A stretch of DNA of 64,000 nucleotides, taken from positions 140,864,001 to 140,928,000 of the forward strand of contig NC_059426.1 of assembly GCF_021028975.2 (NCBI RefSeq), in the 5' to 3' direction. Below the pieces are notes generated by a model that was not told where the DNA came from, made no database searches, and saw only the letters and a list, made by a program, of their open reading frames with translations. Each line of letters starts with the position of its first letter. Positions within the stretch are counted from its first letter, which is position 1. Shown here in pieces: positions 12,255 through 43,500 of this stretch. Origin of the DNA: Sphaerodactylus townsendi. Its lineage: Eukaryota. Position numbers and translations under genes: made by a program.

Positions 12255-12447
12255 ACTTTACAAGCCACGGCGGCTCACGGACCGCTGCTTTTGTTCACAC
12301 CGTCCATGCCTCAGGACCGCGAGCCGCCTCGCTGACAGCAAAGAGCGACCGATCTGGGTGCCAACTGACCCCACAAAACTCGGACGATCGCGGTGCTCCC
12401 CGCTTTCCCACAATGCCGTGCCGCACCTTATTTGCATAGAGCCGCCC
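12255..12447 (-). promoter_or_regulatory. U1 copy B promoter: PSE and DSE
   Basis: PSE at about 12255-12274. SPH TTTCCCACAATGCCGTGCCGC at 12404-12424. Octamer ATTTGCAT at 12430-12437. GC box CCGCCC at 12442-12447. Confidence 0.85.
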
Positions 12448-14599
12448 GCTGTGGCCCCGCCTCCTCCATCTCGGGGTTTCCGAAGTGAGAGGCGGGGGGT
12501 TTGCAGCCGATGGATTGAGGAAGGGCGACGGTCGAATTCTTTTGTTTAATGACAGCTACTGTGAGCAGGAAAATGCTTTAAAAAAGCAGGAGAGAATCTG
12601 CTAGAGGACTTTGAAAGCAGAAGGACACAAACGTCAGTTGCCGTTGTTTTATTTCTGAAAGTTAAAATAAAATAATTTTTCAAATACTATACTAAAATCT
12701 GGGTATTATCTACAACACGTGATACGGATCTGGTCAGTGTCTTGGTGGAAAATCAGTTGTCTGCTGCCTTGAAGTGTAAGGACGAAAGGCTTGATTTTCA
12801 GGTAACAAATGAGATCCTTTCACAAACGAACCAAAAAAATCCTAGGGGAAATCCGGAGCTAGTTCTATTAAATATTTGTATTTTCTAGAGGTGCCACTAA
12901 ATTATTGGCCACCGCTAATTTTTTCCAAAACCTCTGCAAGGAACATCTTTCACCCGCTGTCATCACCCAATTGGGGTTATTGCTACAGGCCCATTGATGT
13001 CAAAGGATTTACACAAGTGTGTTTGCGACCGCACTGAGAGACTTCTTACAAAATAAAATAAGGTTGACTTTCTCTATAGTTCAATTTTTCTCGATGCATT
13101 ATTCCATTTCACTTAAGCATGGAAAAACATTTTTGGCCAGAACAGTGAATGAATGTTAACAGAGGTTTGAGAAACAGAAGGGTGGGGGTGGTAATTCTCG
13201 GACTGATACTCTCTGAAAATAAAGGAAACAATTATGAAAGAAAGATTCACGTGTGTCATTGTTAAACTGTATACCCTTTTCCATTCACCCCTTGCATTTC
13301 ACTCCAAATGTCACAGCAAGTGAGACATTCTTTGCTCTTGCCGGACAAAGTGTATTTCTGCAGTTAAGCTCAAGATTCAAAGGTCCATGCAATGTATTGA
13401 ACTATAGCAAGTTTGCAGACTCCGTGTTTCTACCATCCCATCATCTGTTATGATCTGAACACTTCATTTGCTGGCTTATGATGCTTGAAAATTCCATAGA
13501 TTGGTCGTTGTTGTTTTTACAAGACAGAGGTGGACTCCAACGGGCACACATATAACACCTTCAAGATGTTATGCATAGCATTTGGGGAAGAACTTTCCAC
13601 AGATCTCTTCCCCAAAAGGACTCATTTCTCTCAATCCAGGTTTTACAAACATCACCGAACTTGTGACCTTTTTGCACAGTCCTGGGGTGGAGGCACTCCC
13701 ATGCGAACACAACAGCCAGGAGACATTTTATTTTCTTCCCTTCCATCTGGTTACTTTTAAGTTCTGCTACCATCCGCCATTTCAGGAAGAATCTGCCCAC
13801 CTGCCAGTCTGTGCAGTTCACCCAGCACATTGTGGGCAGATTCTCTGAGCACCCACCATTTCACAAATCCTCCAAGCACATTTTCTTCCCGTGGCAGCAA
13901 GTATGACCACCATTTCACTCATAGATCTACAGCAACACATTCATTATTGCCTGGCCATTGCAGAAAAGTCCCTTTTTCTCTTTTAAAATTTTTGTGTATG
14001 TTAAACATTTGAAGCTACGCAGGTGCGAGACAATCAGCATCGCTGAGGGGTTCGTTTCTGTATGTCTTCACAGCTAGGCCTGCATTGAAAAAAAATTAAA
14101 AACAGAAAGAAGTGTTTCTGTGCAAAGGTGTGAAAGCAACCCAAATTGTTTCCATGAGCTCAAATTGCTTCCTGAACACATAAAGGGCACACATGCGAAT
14201 GGAAAAAAGGAAAGTGGGTTCATGTGTAATAACTGCAACTTGTTATAAATATGCTGTGCAGAATCCACTAGAGAGAGATCTCTCACAAATTTTCTCCATA
14301 AAATTCAAACTGCTGACCAATGGGGAAAGCAACTGGAGGAAGCCACATTGTTGGCACTTGAAAGAAAATGCCTGTGAGGAGTATGTCAGACATGAGAGGG
14401 GGTGGTGGGGGATGAGTGCGCGTATGCCAACCCAAGTATCTAATGAAGAGCTGTTCTCCTTGTGAGTAGGCAAGCAGTCTTGAGCTGAGCAGGTGGTTGC
14501 CCACTTGGGGGTCTCTGTCTGAGGATGGCCAGATCCCATTTCCACCTGCCTAGTAGGGAGCTCGTAACAGGCAGACTTAGCTGGAATTGGGAAGGAATT

Positions 14600-15480
14600 A
14601 AGTGAGCTGTAACCCAGTCAGCCGGCCGGGGCAGAATTACAGGACCATCGCCGTTATAGAGGAGTGCTTGGGCGGAGAGGCGCTGAAGGAAGACACCCCC
14701 ACCCAATGCAGTAATTTGCAGCCCCGGCCCGCGGGGATCACCAGCCGCTGGTATAAAACAAACACCTCTCCTCCCCTCCCCTCCCGAATCAGAATCCACC
14801 TAATATATTTTATTAAGCTCGACCCACTTAGGAGTTTTTTTTGTTTGCTTTTTCCAGACTCGAAGATTAGGCCCCGGTTTTATGAAACAGTGGTACGACT
14901 GTCCCTCTAAAACTATCAAAATGACTCAAAAGAACGCACAAGCTTCCAGATCCTGCAGCGCGCTTTTGCAATCAAACGCGCCACCAATGTAGCAACAAGC
15001 CGCAGAGGGGATGGGAAAAGGTGAGAGAAGGCTTATTATAATGAATGGCTCCACCCGCTTTCTCTTTCCCGCCATCCTCTTCGACCAGTAGAGGCCTGGC
15101 ATGCGTTTTCATGGGAGAAGGTCGTGTGTGTGACGTCACCATATGGCGCCGACATCCGAAGCCTGCTTCCGTGTGGTGGTGGAGGAGGCGACTGCGGTGT
15201 CGCCTGGCGATTGCGTGCGCGCTTCCTCGCCGGCCAGTGGCTACTCTTCTGGTGCCGCTCCGGGAGCCGCGGGTGGTCAGAGCGCGCCGGGAAGAGGGAG
15301 GCGGAGGGGAAGTCTGGAGTCTTCCCTCGCTTGCAGGAAAGGCTTCGGGCCCCACCGGGCTGCTGATGCGGAGCGATGGGCGAACTGCCGGAGTAGTTAG
15401 AGGGCCGTTGCAAAACTCCGCGTGTGAATGAAGCGGGGACGGGTTCAACAGGCGAGTAGTGCTCCAGGCTGCAAGGAGGG
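14600..15480 (+). promoter_or_regulatory. CpG-island promoter, probably of PROSER1
   Basis: CpG-rich. Full CRE TGACGTCA at 15131-15138, YY1-like ATATGGCG at 15141-15148 and ETS-like CTTCCG at about 15166. Candidate donor TGA/GTAAGT at about 15550. Confidence 0.65.
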
Positions 15481-18195
15481 GGCATACAAGCTGGCTCGTT
15501 AACTAGGGAGTAAACTTCATTCATCTCAGTAGTAGAAATGTGTTTCTGAGTAAGTGGGTGTGCAGAGTGATCCTGTGCACCTTTTATTTGGAAGCAGGCT
15601 GCCCTTGGATTAATTGCAGGTTAGACGTCATGTCGGTTTGCACTGGCCTTGGGCCATTTACAGGCTTCCTGCCTAACTGACCTCGCTGGGTCTGATTCTG
15701 CACTGGCAACTCAAACTGGTTGCGTGAACCCGTGTTGTCTGTGCCACCGTTTGTGCCACCGGCGGGAGCAGGGGCCATCTGGGATCACTGGGATCCCAGC
15801 GACAGGAGGCAGCACGGTTTGCACAGAGAACACTGTATGTCCATGCAAACCACGCAGTTGAGAATCATCCCCACCCAGTTACCAACACAATATGGTGGCT
15901 GCCTATTATAGAATCCACCACAATGGTGGGCAGAAGGAGTTGGGAATAGAAAACTTCCTGCTTGCCATAGTTTTCACAGACAAGCAAGAATTGACTGACA
16001 CCTAGGTTAATGGAGAAAAGTCATTAATTTAGCAACTTTCATTTGACCCGGGTTCAGCCAAAAATAATAGGTCAGAAGCATTTGGGGGGTGAGTTCTGTG
16101 GGACCATCTCCCCCATAACACTTTGAAGAAGGGCCTGAACCTGTTACACTTGGCCTGTGCAAAATCACCATGAGTCGTTACAGTAAAGAGCAGGGTAAAA
16201 ATATATTAATGTGATTTGCAGGAATATCTGATTAGACATCTGGAATTTTTTTGTTTGTGTAGGTGCCATAGCGTTGATCGGCCTTTAAGCTTCTTTCAAT
16301 ATGTTTACATGAACTGGATTCAAGAAGCTTATATTCTACTTGTAGAGGACCTCAGCATTTGAGCAAGTGTTTTCAACTCGGGTTGAATAGGTTTGTGCCA
16401 GATGAGTTATTCTAAAAGTATAGTTGGAAAAGGAGGATTGGTAGTTCCCATGGCCTCCAGTGAGTACTATGCTAAGGTTATGTATTTTGATATAGTCCAG
16501 TTAATGTTGACAAGGTCTGGGTTCTTCCTTTCTAACGCTGGTTAGCTGGGATAATTATGATTATGTTCTCTTCAACTTGATAGTGTTAAGACAAGACTTA
16601 CAGGGAAAGACCAGAGGTTCATATGAGCAGTTCTCTCGTGACCAATTAGATGCTCTCCAAAGTTTGTGTAAGTTTGTTTATTTTGATTTCTCCTTTTTCA
16701 GGCTCATACATGAAGGTAACAACCCTTTCCTAGGTAACCTGAATTCAGTGGCATGTTGATTCTAAACTTGGAGGTTCCACTGAGCAATCATAACTAACAG
16801 GAACAGTTGTCTTCCATGAATTTTCTCATCCCCTTTGAAAGTGAGCTCTGGTTATCTCTACATCTGGGATAAGCTAACTTATTTCTTCGAATTCTGCTGC
16901 CCGTCAATTTCAGTGGGGGCCCTCTGCTCTATTGTTATGTGCAGTTGATCTTCCTGTCCAGTTTATCTATATGAATCGTATCGATCGCTGTCTCCCACAT
17001 CCTTCATAGTTTGGAAAAAATCCTGTTACAGAACAGTTCTTACATCTGTAGACACATAAATGATTATTTTACCAGTTTCAATATGCTGTAGCAGGTTTTT
17101 TAATATTGTTAAAGTAGTTATACCCCATGTTTTTTCTTGGCTCAAGGAAAGAAACTTACATGTGTTTGGAAGTATGTACACCCAATCAGCAAATGTGGAA
17201 AAGATAGCTTTATTCTTTCTGTTTAAAAATTCATGTAAATAAAAATGGAAGTTCAGAAACTGAAGTTACTGATCTCTGGGGAAGTCATTTTTAAAAAATC
17301 TTAAAATAGTGACATTTTCAAGGGAACCTTATTGTTTATGTGGCTTGTGGCAGCTGATTGGATCTGTTTGCTTCAACACTTCCACTGTGCAGTGATGATT
17401 CTTGACTGAAGAAGTCAATGTTTCAAAGTTTAACAATATTCAGTTTTAATGAGAGTCTTTAATGTTGTGACATGTCCTCTTTCAGAGAGCAGGATGCAGT
17501 TTAAAGAGAACTATAATTGTGATGTGTATGCTAATTCCCTGGTGCAAGGTGTTTTTGCATTGTTTTTTGGCAATGCTGGCTGGAGATAGAACTAGGTTTC
17601 TATATGAACTTTTAGTTTTTGCCAGTTGGAAAAAGAACGGAGGGAAATGATTGGTACTTTAGGGATGTAGCAGTGTGCTACTCACTTTTTTAAATGACAA
17701 AAATAAGCCAAACACACCATTTTATATGTTAATTGTATTATGCATTCTATGTTCTTTGTCATAAGTGTGTTTTCTAGATTGGATAAGAAAATACACTTTA
17801 CAAGTTTCCATCCTTTCACCACTACCACCTTCAGAAATCTTACATGTTTAAGTAAATGGCTTTAGAGAAGTATTGTGTAGTTGACTGATGGCAGCATTTG
17901 GCTAATATTAATTTACCAGCCTTAGATAGGAGTTGAGCTTTCTTCTGGGAGATCATGTAAAAAGCTTGGGGGTATTCTTGAATGTAGCCTTATTGATGGA
18001 TGCATAGGTCATTACTGTTGGCGGGGGCATCTTTGTGGTCAATCTAACTTGCATTTAAATTCATGGGACTGTCCATTTGCCTACAGTCAGGTCAAAGGCA
18101 TTTTCTGTGGCAGGGCTGGTCCTCTGGAATGATGTACCAGAGTGAGAGTGGAGGGCATCTTCACTTTCCACATTCAGGAAGTCTTGTCAAACAGT

Positions 18196-18770
18196 GGTTG
18201 ATTCTGCACAGGGCAGATATAATGGGTGCAGGATGCTATGTAACCTGTTTTTGGGGTGACTTCACACAGGTCCCACTTCCCAAAACAAGTCTGCCCCATT
18301 TTATTTCCCTCAACCCAGGATTTTCAAAAATTGCTAAACCAGCTATCCTTTTGCAAAATCCCAGGTTGAAGCCGCTCCCACTGGAGCTGCCAAGCAAGAG
18401 TGGCTTTATTCTCCCCCCTTCCACCGTGCTGTCCATGGTCAGGGAGAATCCGCCTGCAGTTGCAGGAAGGTCCCTTTTTCTTTTTTTAAATTTTGCATGT
18501 TGCATAGGTGCAACTACACAGGTGCAACCGACTGTATTGTGGAACAATCAGCATGGCATTGGGGGTACACTTCTGCATGCCTGTGTAGCTACGCATGTGT
18601 TGCAGGAAATAAAAAGGGAAGTATCTTTGTGCGAAGACACAAAAGCAACCTGGATTGTTCCCATGGGCTCCAGTCGCTGCCTGCATGGCACGCATGTGAA
18701 CGCGAAAAAGGAACACGGATTCCTTTATAATCACTGCAGTCCATTGTACATTTGCTGTGCTGAATCAACC
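18196..18770. mobile_element. Older Harbinger-like MITE
   Basis: TIRs GGTTGATTCTGCACA...TGTGCTGAATCAACC flanked by AGT/AGT. The interior resembles about 13590-13780. Confidence 0.6.
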
Positions 18771-19089
18771 AGTCTTATTTCAGAGGATTTTTGTAGCATC
18801 TTAATTCCAAAGTTAAATCTGAAATCAAGCAAAGGATTTGAGACATCGAACTTCAAGATTATTCAAGTTCTTCTACTAAATACTTCAGGAACAAGAAACA
18901 AGTGTTGTCAAACTGTTTAGCTAACTTACTAATTTGATTGTTTAGCATTCAGTTCAGCAGGGTGTGAAGTATAAAGAGATGCTAATGTATTTTCTGATTT
19001 TTCTTTTTGGATTTTTCTTCCACAGAAGGCAAGTTTACAGCAAAGGGTGCCTGGAACAGACAAGGGGCTGTGCCCTTGAAGAAAGCAAG

Positions 19090-36952
<17,863 letters not shown>

Positions 36953-37526
36953 AGAACTTCCGTTTCTCCTGCAGAGAGCCGTTTTTGAAGAATGTTGTGG
37001 TAGCTTGGCAAAGCCACTGATGATGTTCCCATTGAAGGCTTTGGAAAATATTTGCTTCAATTTGTAGCACTGAAGAGGAAGAGAAGAAGGATTCTAAGAA
37101 GCTGTTTCCAACACACTACACAACAAAATGAACTCTGTTGCTTTTTATCAGTAAAAACACTGGGTGTCCCTAATTCAGTTCCCACTAGTAAAAATTCAGG
37201 GTACTTGGATCTTCACATAACCCAGCCTAGGGGGTCAGTATTTTTTTTAAATAAGTGATTTGGGGTAAAGAGTGTTACATGAACTTTTGGGGACTAATTT
37301 AATGCCATGTTTGATATGGTGTTTTTTTGCTAAAACGGAAGTTTAAATCAAAGGCTCCCAGAATGTCAGATGCTCTCCTTTCTTCCCACCTCACGTTGCG
37401 TATCAGATTCCTCTGCTTTTCCCAGGCAAAAGGCAGTTTTCTTCTCAGTCTATTCCAGTTCCCTGCCTTTCATTTTTAATGTTCTGGATTGCCTTTCCAA
37501 TTCATTTTTGCACATATGCGTCTAAA

Positions 37527-37823
37527 GAGCGAGCCAACATGGTGTAGTGGTTAAGAGCAGATGGACTCCAATCTGGGGAACCAGGTTTGATTCCCCCACT
37601 CTGCCACTTGAGTTGTGGAGGCTTATCTGATGAACTAGACTAGCCTGTGCACTCCAACACATGCCAGCTGGGTGACCTTGGGCCAATCACAGCTGTTCGG
37701 AGCTCTCTCAGCCCCACCCACCTCACAAGATGTTTGTTGTGGGAGGGGAGGGAAAGGAGATTGTAAGCCCCTTTGAGTCTCCTTACAGGAGAGAAAGGAG
37801 GGATATAAATCCAAACTCTTCTT
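37527..37823 (+). mobile_element. Same SINE family, in the probable PROSER1 3' UTR
   Basis: Homologous to 1338-1677. Confidence 0.8.
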
Positions 37824-38696
37824 CCAAACTCTAAATGCTATAATATGTATCAAATCGCCCCTATTCTTTACCTGTACATGCTTCCAATCATATATGTGTG
37901 TGTCTCCTGTTGGTGAAACATTGGTAGAAACTCTGGTGCATCAAATGTACACTTCAGTTTCTGCCTGACATGTCAAAGGCCTGCTGAATTGTGAGCAAAG
38001 TAGTCACTTTTCTTAAATGAAAACTGCACTATCATATAATGCTATATTGTAGTAAGATAAGTATTGATTCTCTGGCTAAAAGACTGCATCTAAAATATCT
38101 GTGAAAATGCCAATTTAAACTTTTAAAATGTATCCTCCACCCCATGTACCTACACTGTACAAGTGGCTGGCACTAGATTATCCCCTGCTTCCACACAACA
38201 GAAGTCAGCAATGTACTCACAAGGATTTTAAAGACAGATGGCTCATTTGAAGTGTGAATGACGCAAAACAAGCTATAGATGATACTGTTATGTTAACGAA
38301 GTGCTCTATATTGTTATAGTATACATAGTAATGAATAGAAAAATCCCTAATATCTCTTAAAGTCTTCATCATGTTCTAGATCTACATTAGCGACATGCTT
38401 GATTTGTTTTTTAATGTGAATTGCCAGAAAAAGCAGGGCTTGATACCTTTTTCTCCTAATGATGGAAGCATAGTAGGTGCGATTAATACAGGTTTCCACA
38501 AGTGAAAAGGCATGAAGAACACTAATGTGTATATATCTGTATTTTTATAAAGTTTTTTTAAATAAAATATGTAGGGATGATACATACGTTTCTAAGCGTT
38601 GACTAGAATAAACAATTCTTTACAAAACTGTTTTGTCTTTCATTGACAAGTTGCAGGGAATTAAAGTGAGTGTATTTATGCTTTTTTTGAGGAAAG

Positions 38697-38882
38697 TTTT
38701 TTTGCTGTCAAGCCACTTCTGACTTACAGCAGCCCCTGGTGGCATTTTCAAAGCAGGAGACATTCAGAGATGTTTGACGTTGCCTGCCTCTGTGTCATGG
38801 TCCTGATATTCCTTGGAGGTCTCCCATTCAAATGCTTGCTGGGTTCACCTGCTTCTGAAATCTGATGAGATCTGGCTAGCCT
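38697..38882 (-). mobile_element. 5S rRNA-derived SINE, older copy
   Basis: Reverse-complement similarity to 1060-1270 (ggaggtctcccattcaaat...tctgatgagatctggctagcct). Confidence 0.65.
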
Positions 38883-40599
38883 AAGGGTAACATGATACTA
38901 AAAATCAGAATATTTAAGACTCAGGTTTGAAGATATTCACCTCATGTATGTGTATCCTAAAGTAGTTAATTAAGTTCTTAAGTATTCAGATAAAAATGGA
39001 GGGACTTGAACAAATGAATTTTGACTCTTGAAAGCTTAGATGTTGAAAAAAAATGGTTGTCTTTCAGGTTCTACCAGTCTGGAATGGTGTTCCACTACTA
39101 CAGCCTAACACTGTAACCCACCTAATATATCTATATTAAATTTCAGTTTTTGGAGTGGTATAGAAATACCTCATCATTTTGAAGTACATGTCATTTTATG
39201 CCTCCATTTTGTACAAGAGGGCCCTTTCCACAAAAATCTAAATTGTAAAACAATTTCAATCCCCTCCCTTTGTGTACATTCACCCCCTAGAAACAGGTCC
39301 TGGCTGCCAGTACATAATTTTTCCTTTTTTTTTTTTTTTTTGGAGCTGTGTTGAATTGATGCTTTAATGCTTTATAGCCTTGTGCTGCATTCTATACCTC
39401 TCATATACTTGATGCTTTAAAGATTGCGCCCCCCCCCAAAAAAAAAAGAAATATAAGAATGAACAGAGTAATGCTGCAAATAAACAGGTGAGGAGGAACT
39501 GAGTGAGCTTAGAAAATGGGTTGAGGAGGAAGTTCAGGGAAGTAGAGAAGAATGTGAATTGAATGTAGTAAATAAATCGCACAGCAACTGAAGTTGTTTT
39601 CAAAACATTTCAGCCAGAGAATCATTTGAAAAGGGGATTCATTTAACATGTTTTGAGGTTGGGAATAAAACGTTTTGGGTAAACGCAATGCAGAACTCCA
39701 TGGAGAAAACGTTTTTATTTCCTGCCTCAAAATGTTTTAAATTATGCAGAAAAGCCTGAGGACATAAAAACATTTGGGCTCGTTAGGAAAGATGACCGTG
39801 AATGTGCACATAATCCATTATTTGCTGTGCACTATTTTTGTCCATGTATTGAGCAATTTGGAGAGGGGTCATGGCTCAGTGGTAGGATCTCTTTGGCATA
39901 CAGAAGGTCTCAGAATCAATTTCTGGCATATCCAGTTAAGAGGATCAGGTGCTAGTTAATGTGAAAGACCTCCAGCCCTGACCATGAGGGCAAACTACGT
40001 AACTAGTCTGAGTCGACAATATTAATCTTGAGGAATTGATGGTCTGACTCAGTGTAAGGTAGCTTTGTGGGTTCAACTCTTGGTGGTGGAAGAGGAAAGT
40101 GCCATCAAGTCACAGCTGATACAAGGCAAGCGTCTAACAGACATTTGCCATTGGGGCAGAGTAGACCGCCCTCTCAGCCTTGAGAAATTCAGTTAGTAGG
40201 ACATTCTTGCGCACCCATCACACACGCTGCATTTCCACAGAAAGGTCTGCCTCCTGGTTTGCTCTGAAACGCTCAAGAAAAGCCTGCGGAGAAGTTACAT
40301 TATAGAGGCTCCGATTCTCCATATTCTATTTCACTGCATCACTCCGCATCTCACAGAAATCCGGAATAAAACGTCAAGAAAGGGAGAGTAGCAAGTCAGG
40401 GCACACGCGCCAAATCACCCGTTTTCGAAGAAACCCCTTTAAAATCCTCCTTCAAAAAGTCAGGCTGTTCCTGCCCTCCACCATCTTTAGAGGCGCGCGG
40501 GTTTTGCATTTCGGTCGCAGCCGTGCCGTCATGGGCGTCTTTTTGCACATGCGTTTTGCATTCCCTGTCGAAGAGCGTTCTGCTGCTGGGAGGGCTGCG

Positions 40600-43500
40600 A
40601 TGGAGTCGACTGTCGAGGAATTGATGCCCTGCCTTTTGCCTGTGGAGGACTGTGACATCCCGGAGGATTTCGACCCTACCGTGCCCCCCAGGACACCCCA
40701 AGAGTATTTAAAGCGGGTTCAGTAAGTGGGTCGAGAGTCTGCAGGGTTGGGAAAGGGGCTGCCCGCCCCCGGGTGAGTGGAAAGAGCGGGCTGGGTTTGA
40801 TCGGACCCTCCTTTTGGAGACGGCCATGCAGCTGTCCCATACCGATGCTAAGGGTTATCTGGATCGGATCGCCCCTTCTAGTACACCCACAGTTTCCTTA
40901 TGGTTCAACGGGGCAGCGCTTCCCTTGATAAACAAGCGCGTTAGGTTCTGCCTGGGTTTGGCACTTAATATCACTATATGATCTTAATGAAGAATGTGGT
41001 TGTTATATGCTCAAGGCTTGTGGAGTGAAGGTACATTTATTTGCCTTAGTAGCCATATTCTGCTTATGTTCATCTTTTAGCATTGCTTGTCTGAAGATGC
41101 TTGCCAGTAGTATTGCATCCTTAAATAAATGGAGATAAAATCTAGTGAACTTAATGCAGTGCAGGTGCCCTTTTTTCTGAGATTCACTCTGTGCTAGCAG
41201 GCATCCATTTGATCAGCTGCAGAAGGTTTTCAGAATATTACATGTGGTGGCATTAAGAACACTTTAGTCCTATGGTGAAGGATTCTGATTCTCTAATCTC
41301 AGTCACAACCTGTTCTGCCACTAGACAGAAAACAGCCTGGAAATAAAGCTGCTTCAAGAAAAAAAAAGAGAACAAAAACTGAATCCCACAAGAAAAGCTA
41401 GATTTTAAAAAATAGAAGTAAAGACTTTATGAGAAAGATTTTATTGCCTTCAAAACGTCTGCTGCAGGTCTGTGAATCCAAACCTTCCATTATTTACAAG
41501 GTCATAAGAATGTGGACAGCTAGAATTCAAGCCATATGTTCATCAGCAAGAGTTTAGAAATAATTATGAGAGAGTGCTCTCAGGGCAGAGTTGCTGTCTC
41601 CAAGTGAAGTTTTTGTTTGCATGAACATAAATGATGTGAAGAAAGTTTTAGCTGCTTTGCTTCTGTCTCTCATTTGGTATTTAAAAACAGCAGGGTCAGA
41701 AAAAAAAGATGGCACCCCCTACTGAGAACTGGGCAGATAATAGCTGACAGATCAGTGTTCCAAATAAGATTCTTGTTGAAAGTTTAAGCTTTGAGAGTTC
41801 ATGCTGCAGTACAGCAAACAAATTGTTGGGAATATTGGTGTATAGAAAATATAGTTTGGTTTTAATTTGTCAGTACTGATTCTGTTTGTTATGGTCACTA
41901 TCAAAAAGTCCAGATTCTATCAAAGGCTCATTCCGCATGGGCCAAAAACAGCAGTGTGAAAATGGTGTAAAAGGGTTTATACCGTTTTCACACCATTTTC
42001 ACATCACTGTTTTTGGCCCATGCGGAATCTGCCAAAGAGAAAGCAGTACAGAAGGTCTGTGGCAGGCCAGCTGGGACAGAAGAGTAGTTGTGGTAATTAA
42101 AAGTCATTTTGTGGTGTTAGTCATGTAAAAGAATCTCTTCAGATGTGAAAAATACAAGCATTCTTAGATAATTTCTGTACTAAATTGGAAGACATTTTTT
42201 AAAAAATAGGACGTTTGTTTTCTTGTTTTGTAGGATTGAAGCTGCAAAATGCCCAGATGTTGTTGTGGCCCAGATAGACCCCAGAAAACTGAAAAAGAAA
42301 CAGACAGTGAATATTTCAGTAAGTTCTGAGGAAATGTAGTGACAGCATTTCTTTTGCATGTTTCAAGGAGCTCCTGGCAGCAGTAAACATTGAGATTCTC
42401 TCTCCTCATTGAAGTTTCTCAACAGCAGTGACTCATCCAAGTTCACACAATGAGCTTCATAGCTGAGCAAAGATTGGTACACTTTTGCCCTGAACCATCT
42501 TACTCTGGCCCTCTAGCCCCTATACCATAATGTTCTTTGTTCATTTAAGACTGGACTGTGGTGGAAACATAATGAGAGAACAAAACTTCAAGGTTTGTTC
42601 TGCAAGATTACCTTATCCAAATTGCACAAAAGTTTTACAGGATTACCAGTAGCAAAAACAGAGTTCATGTAAATTGGTATCTAGTCTTACAGAACAAACT
42701 TGGAATTGCAGGAATTGCAGTAATGCTGGTAAATCTTAAAGGTGTTGCAAGGGTGCATCCATGTAGTACAAACAATTGTTGAATACAACTCTGAATCAAC
42801 ATTTTCACTGCTGCTGGGGTTTTGGTTACTAATCAATTTTCACTTGATGTCCACTATAGTCATTGCTTCTCTTCTCTCTGAATCTGTAAATTTAGCCATA
42901 AATAATGTTGACTGGGTCAGGGTGTACAGATTTTAGCTAGTTATTTCTACTAATTATTCTAGCTAGCAAGGCCAGGCTTTCTCATATCTTGATCCACAGA
43001 GGCAAAACAAATGCAATGCATGGCAAACTGGTTTTATAAGGGGAGGAGTTCTAGACAAGGTGATATGCTTTGGAAGCAGCCCTTTCTCTCTGACTCTTGT
43101 CCTACCTAGCATGTGATATAGCCTGCCACCATTTTGAAAGAAGTACACTCTGCATTGTGTGGATTTTCCAGCCATACAACCTAGGAAACCCACAACAACC
43201 TAGTGATTCTGGCCGTGAAAGCCTTCAAAAGTACACTCTACCTCTGCCCATGAATCTGGCCCCAGTGTGTGCTAAAGTCTGTCCCTGTTGGTTGTGACTT
43301 TGGATGGCTATGAATTGCTATAGCAACCATATTTTATTTTATTTATAGACTGCCTTTTAGCTGAGACTCAAGGCAAATTACACCATTTAAAAAACAATCC
43401 AATCAGGTGACAAAAGACCTCCAATAAATAGTACAGTAGAACTAGAACTGCAGAATTGGAAAACAGTGCAACAGAAAGTATAACAGACTGTCTAAGACAT

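Larger units (their letters stand above)
8600..12471. repeat. Inverted segmental repeat: arms about 8600-9431 and 11630-12471, with a 2.2-kb spacer
   Basis: The arms are near-identical reverse complements with a few substitutions and indels. Each holds one U1 transcription unit plus about 400 bp of 3' flank. Confidence 0.92.

Noticed and set aside
18063-18920. 285-aa ORF
   Set aside because: It spans an L2-like fragment and a TIR-bounded MITE, with no recognisable protein family.
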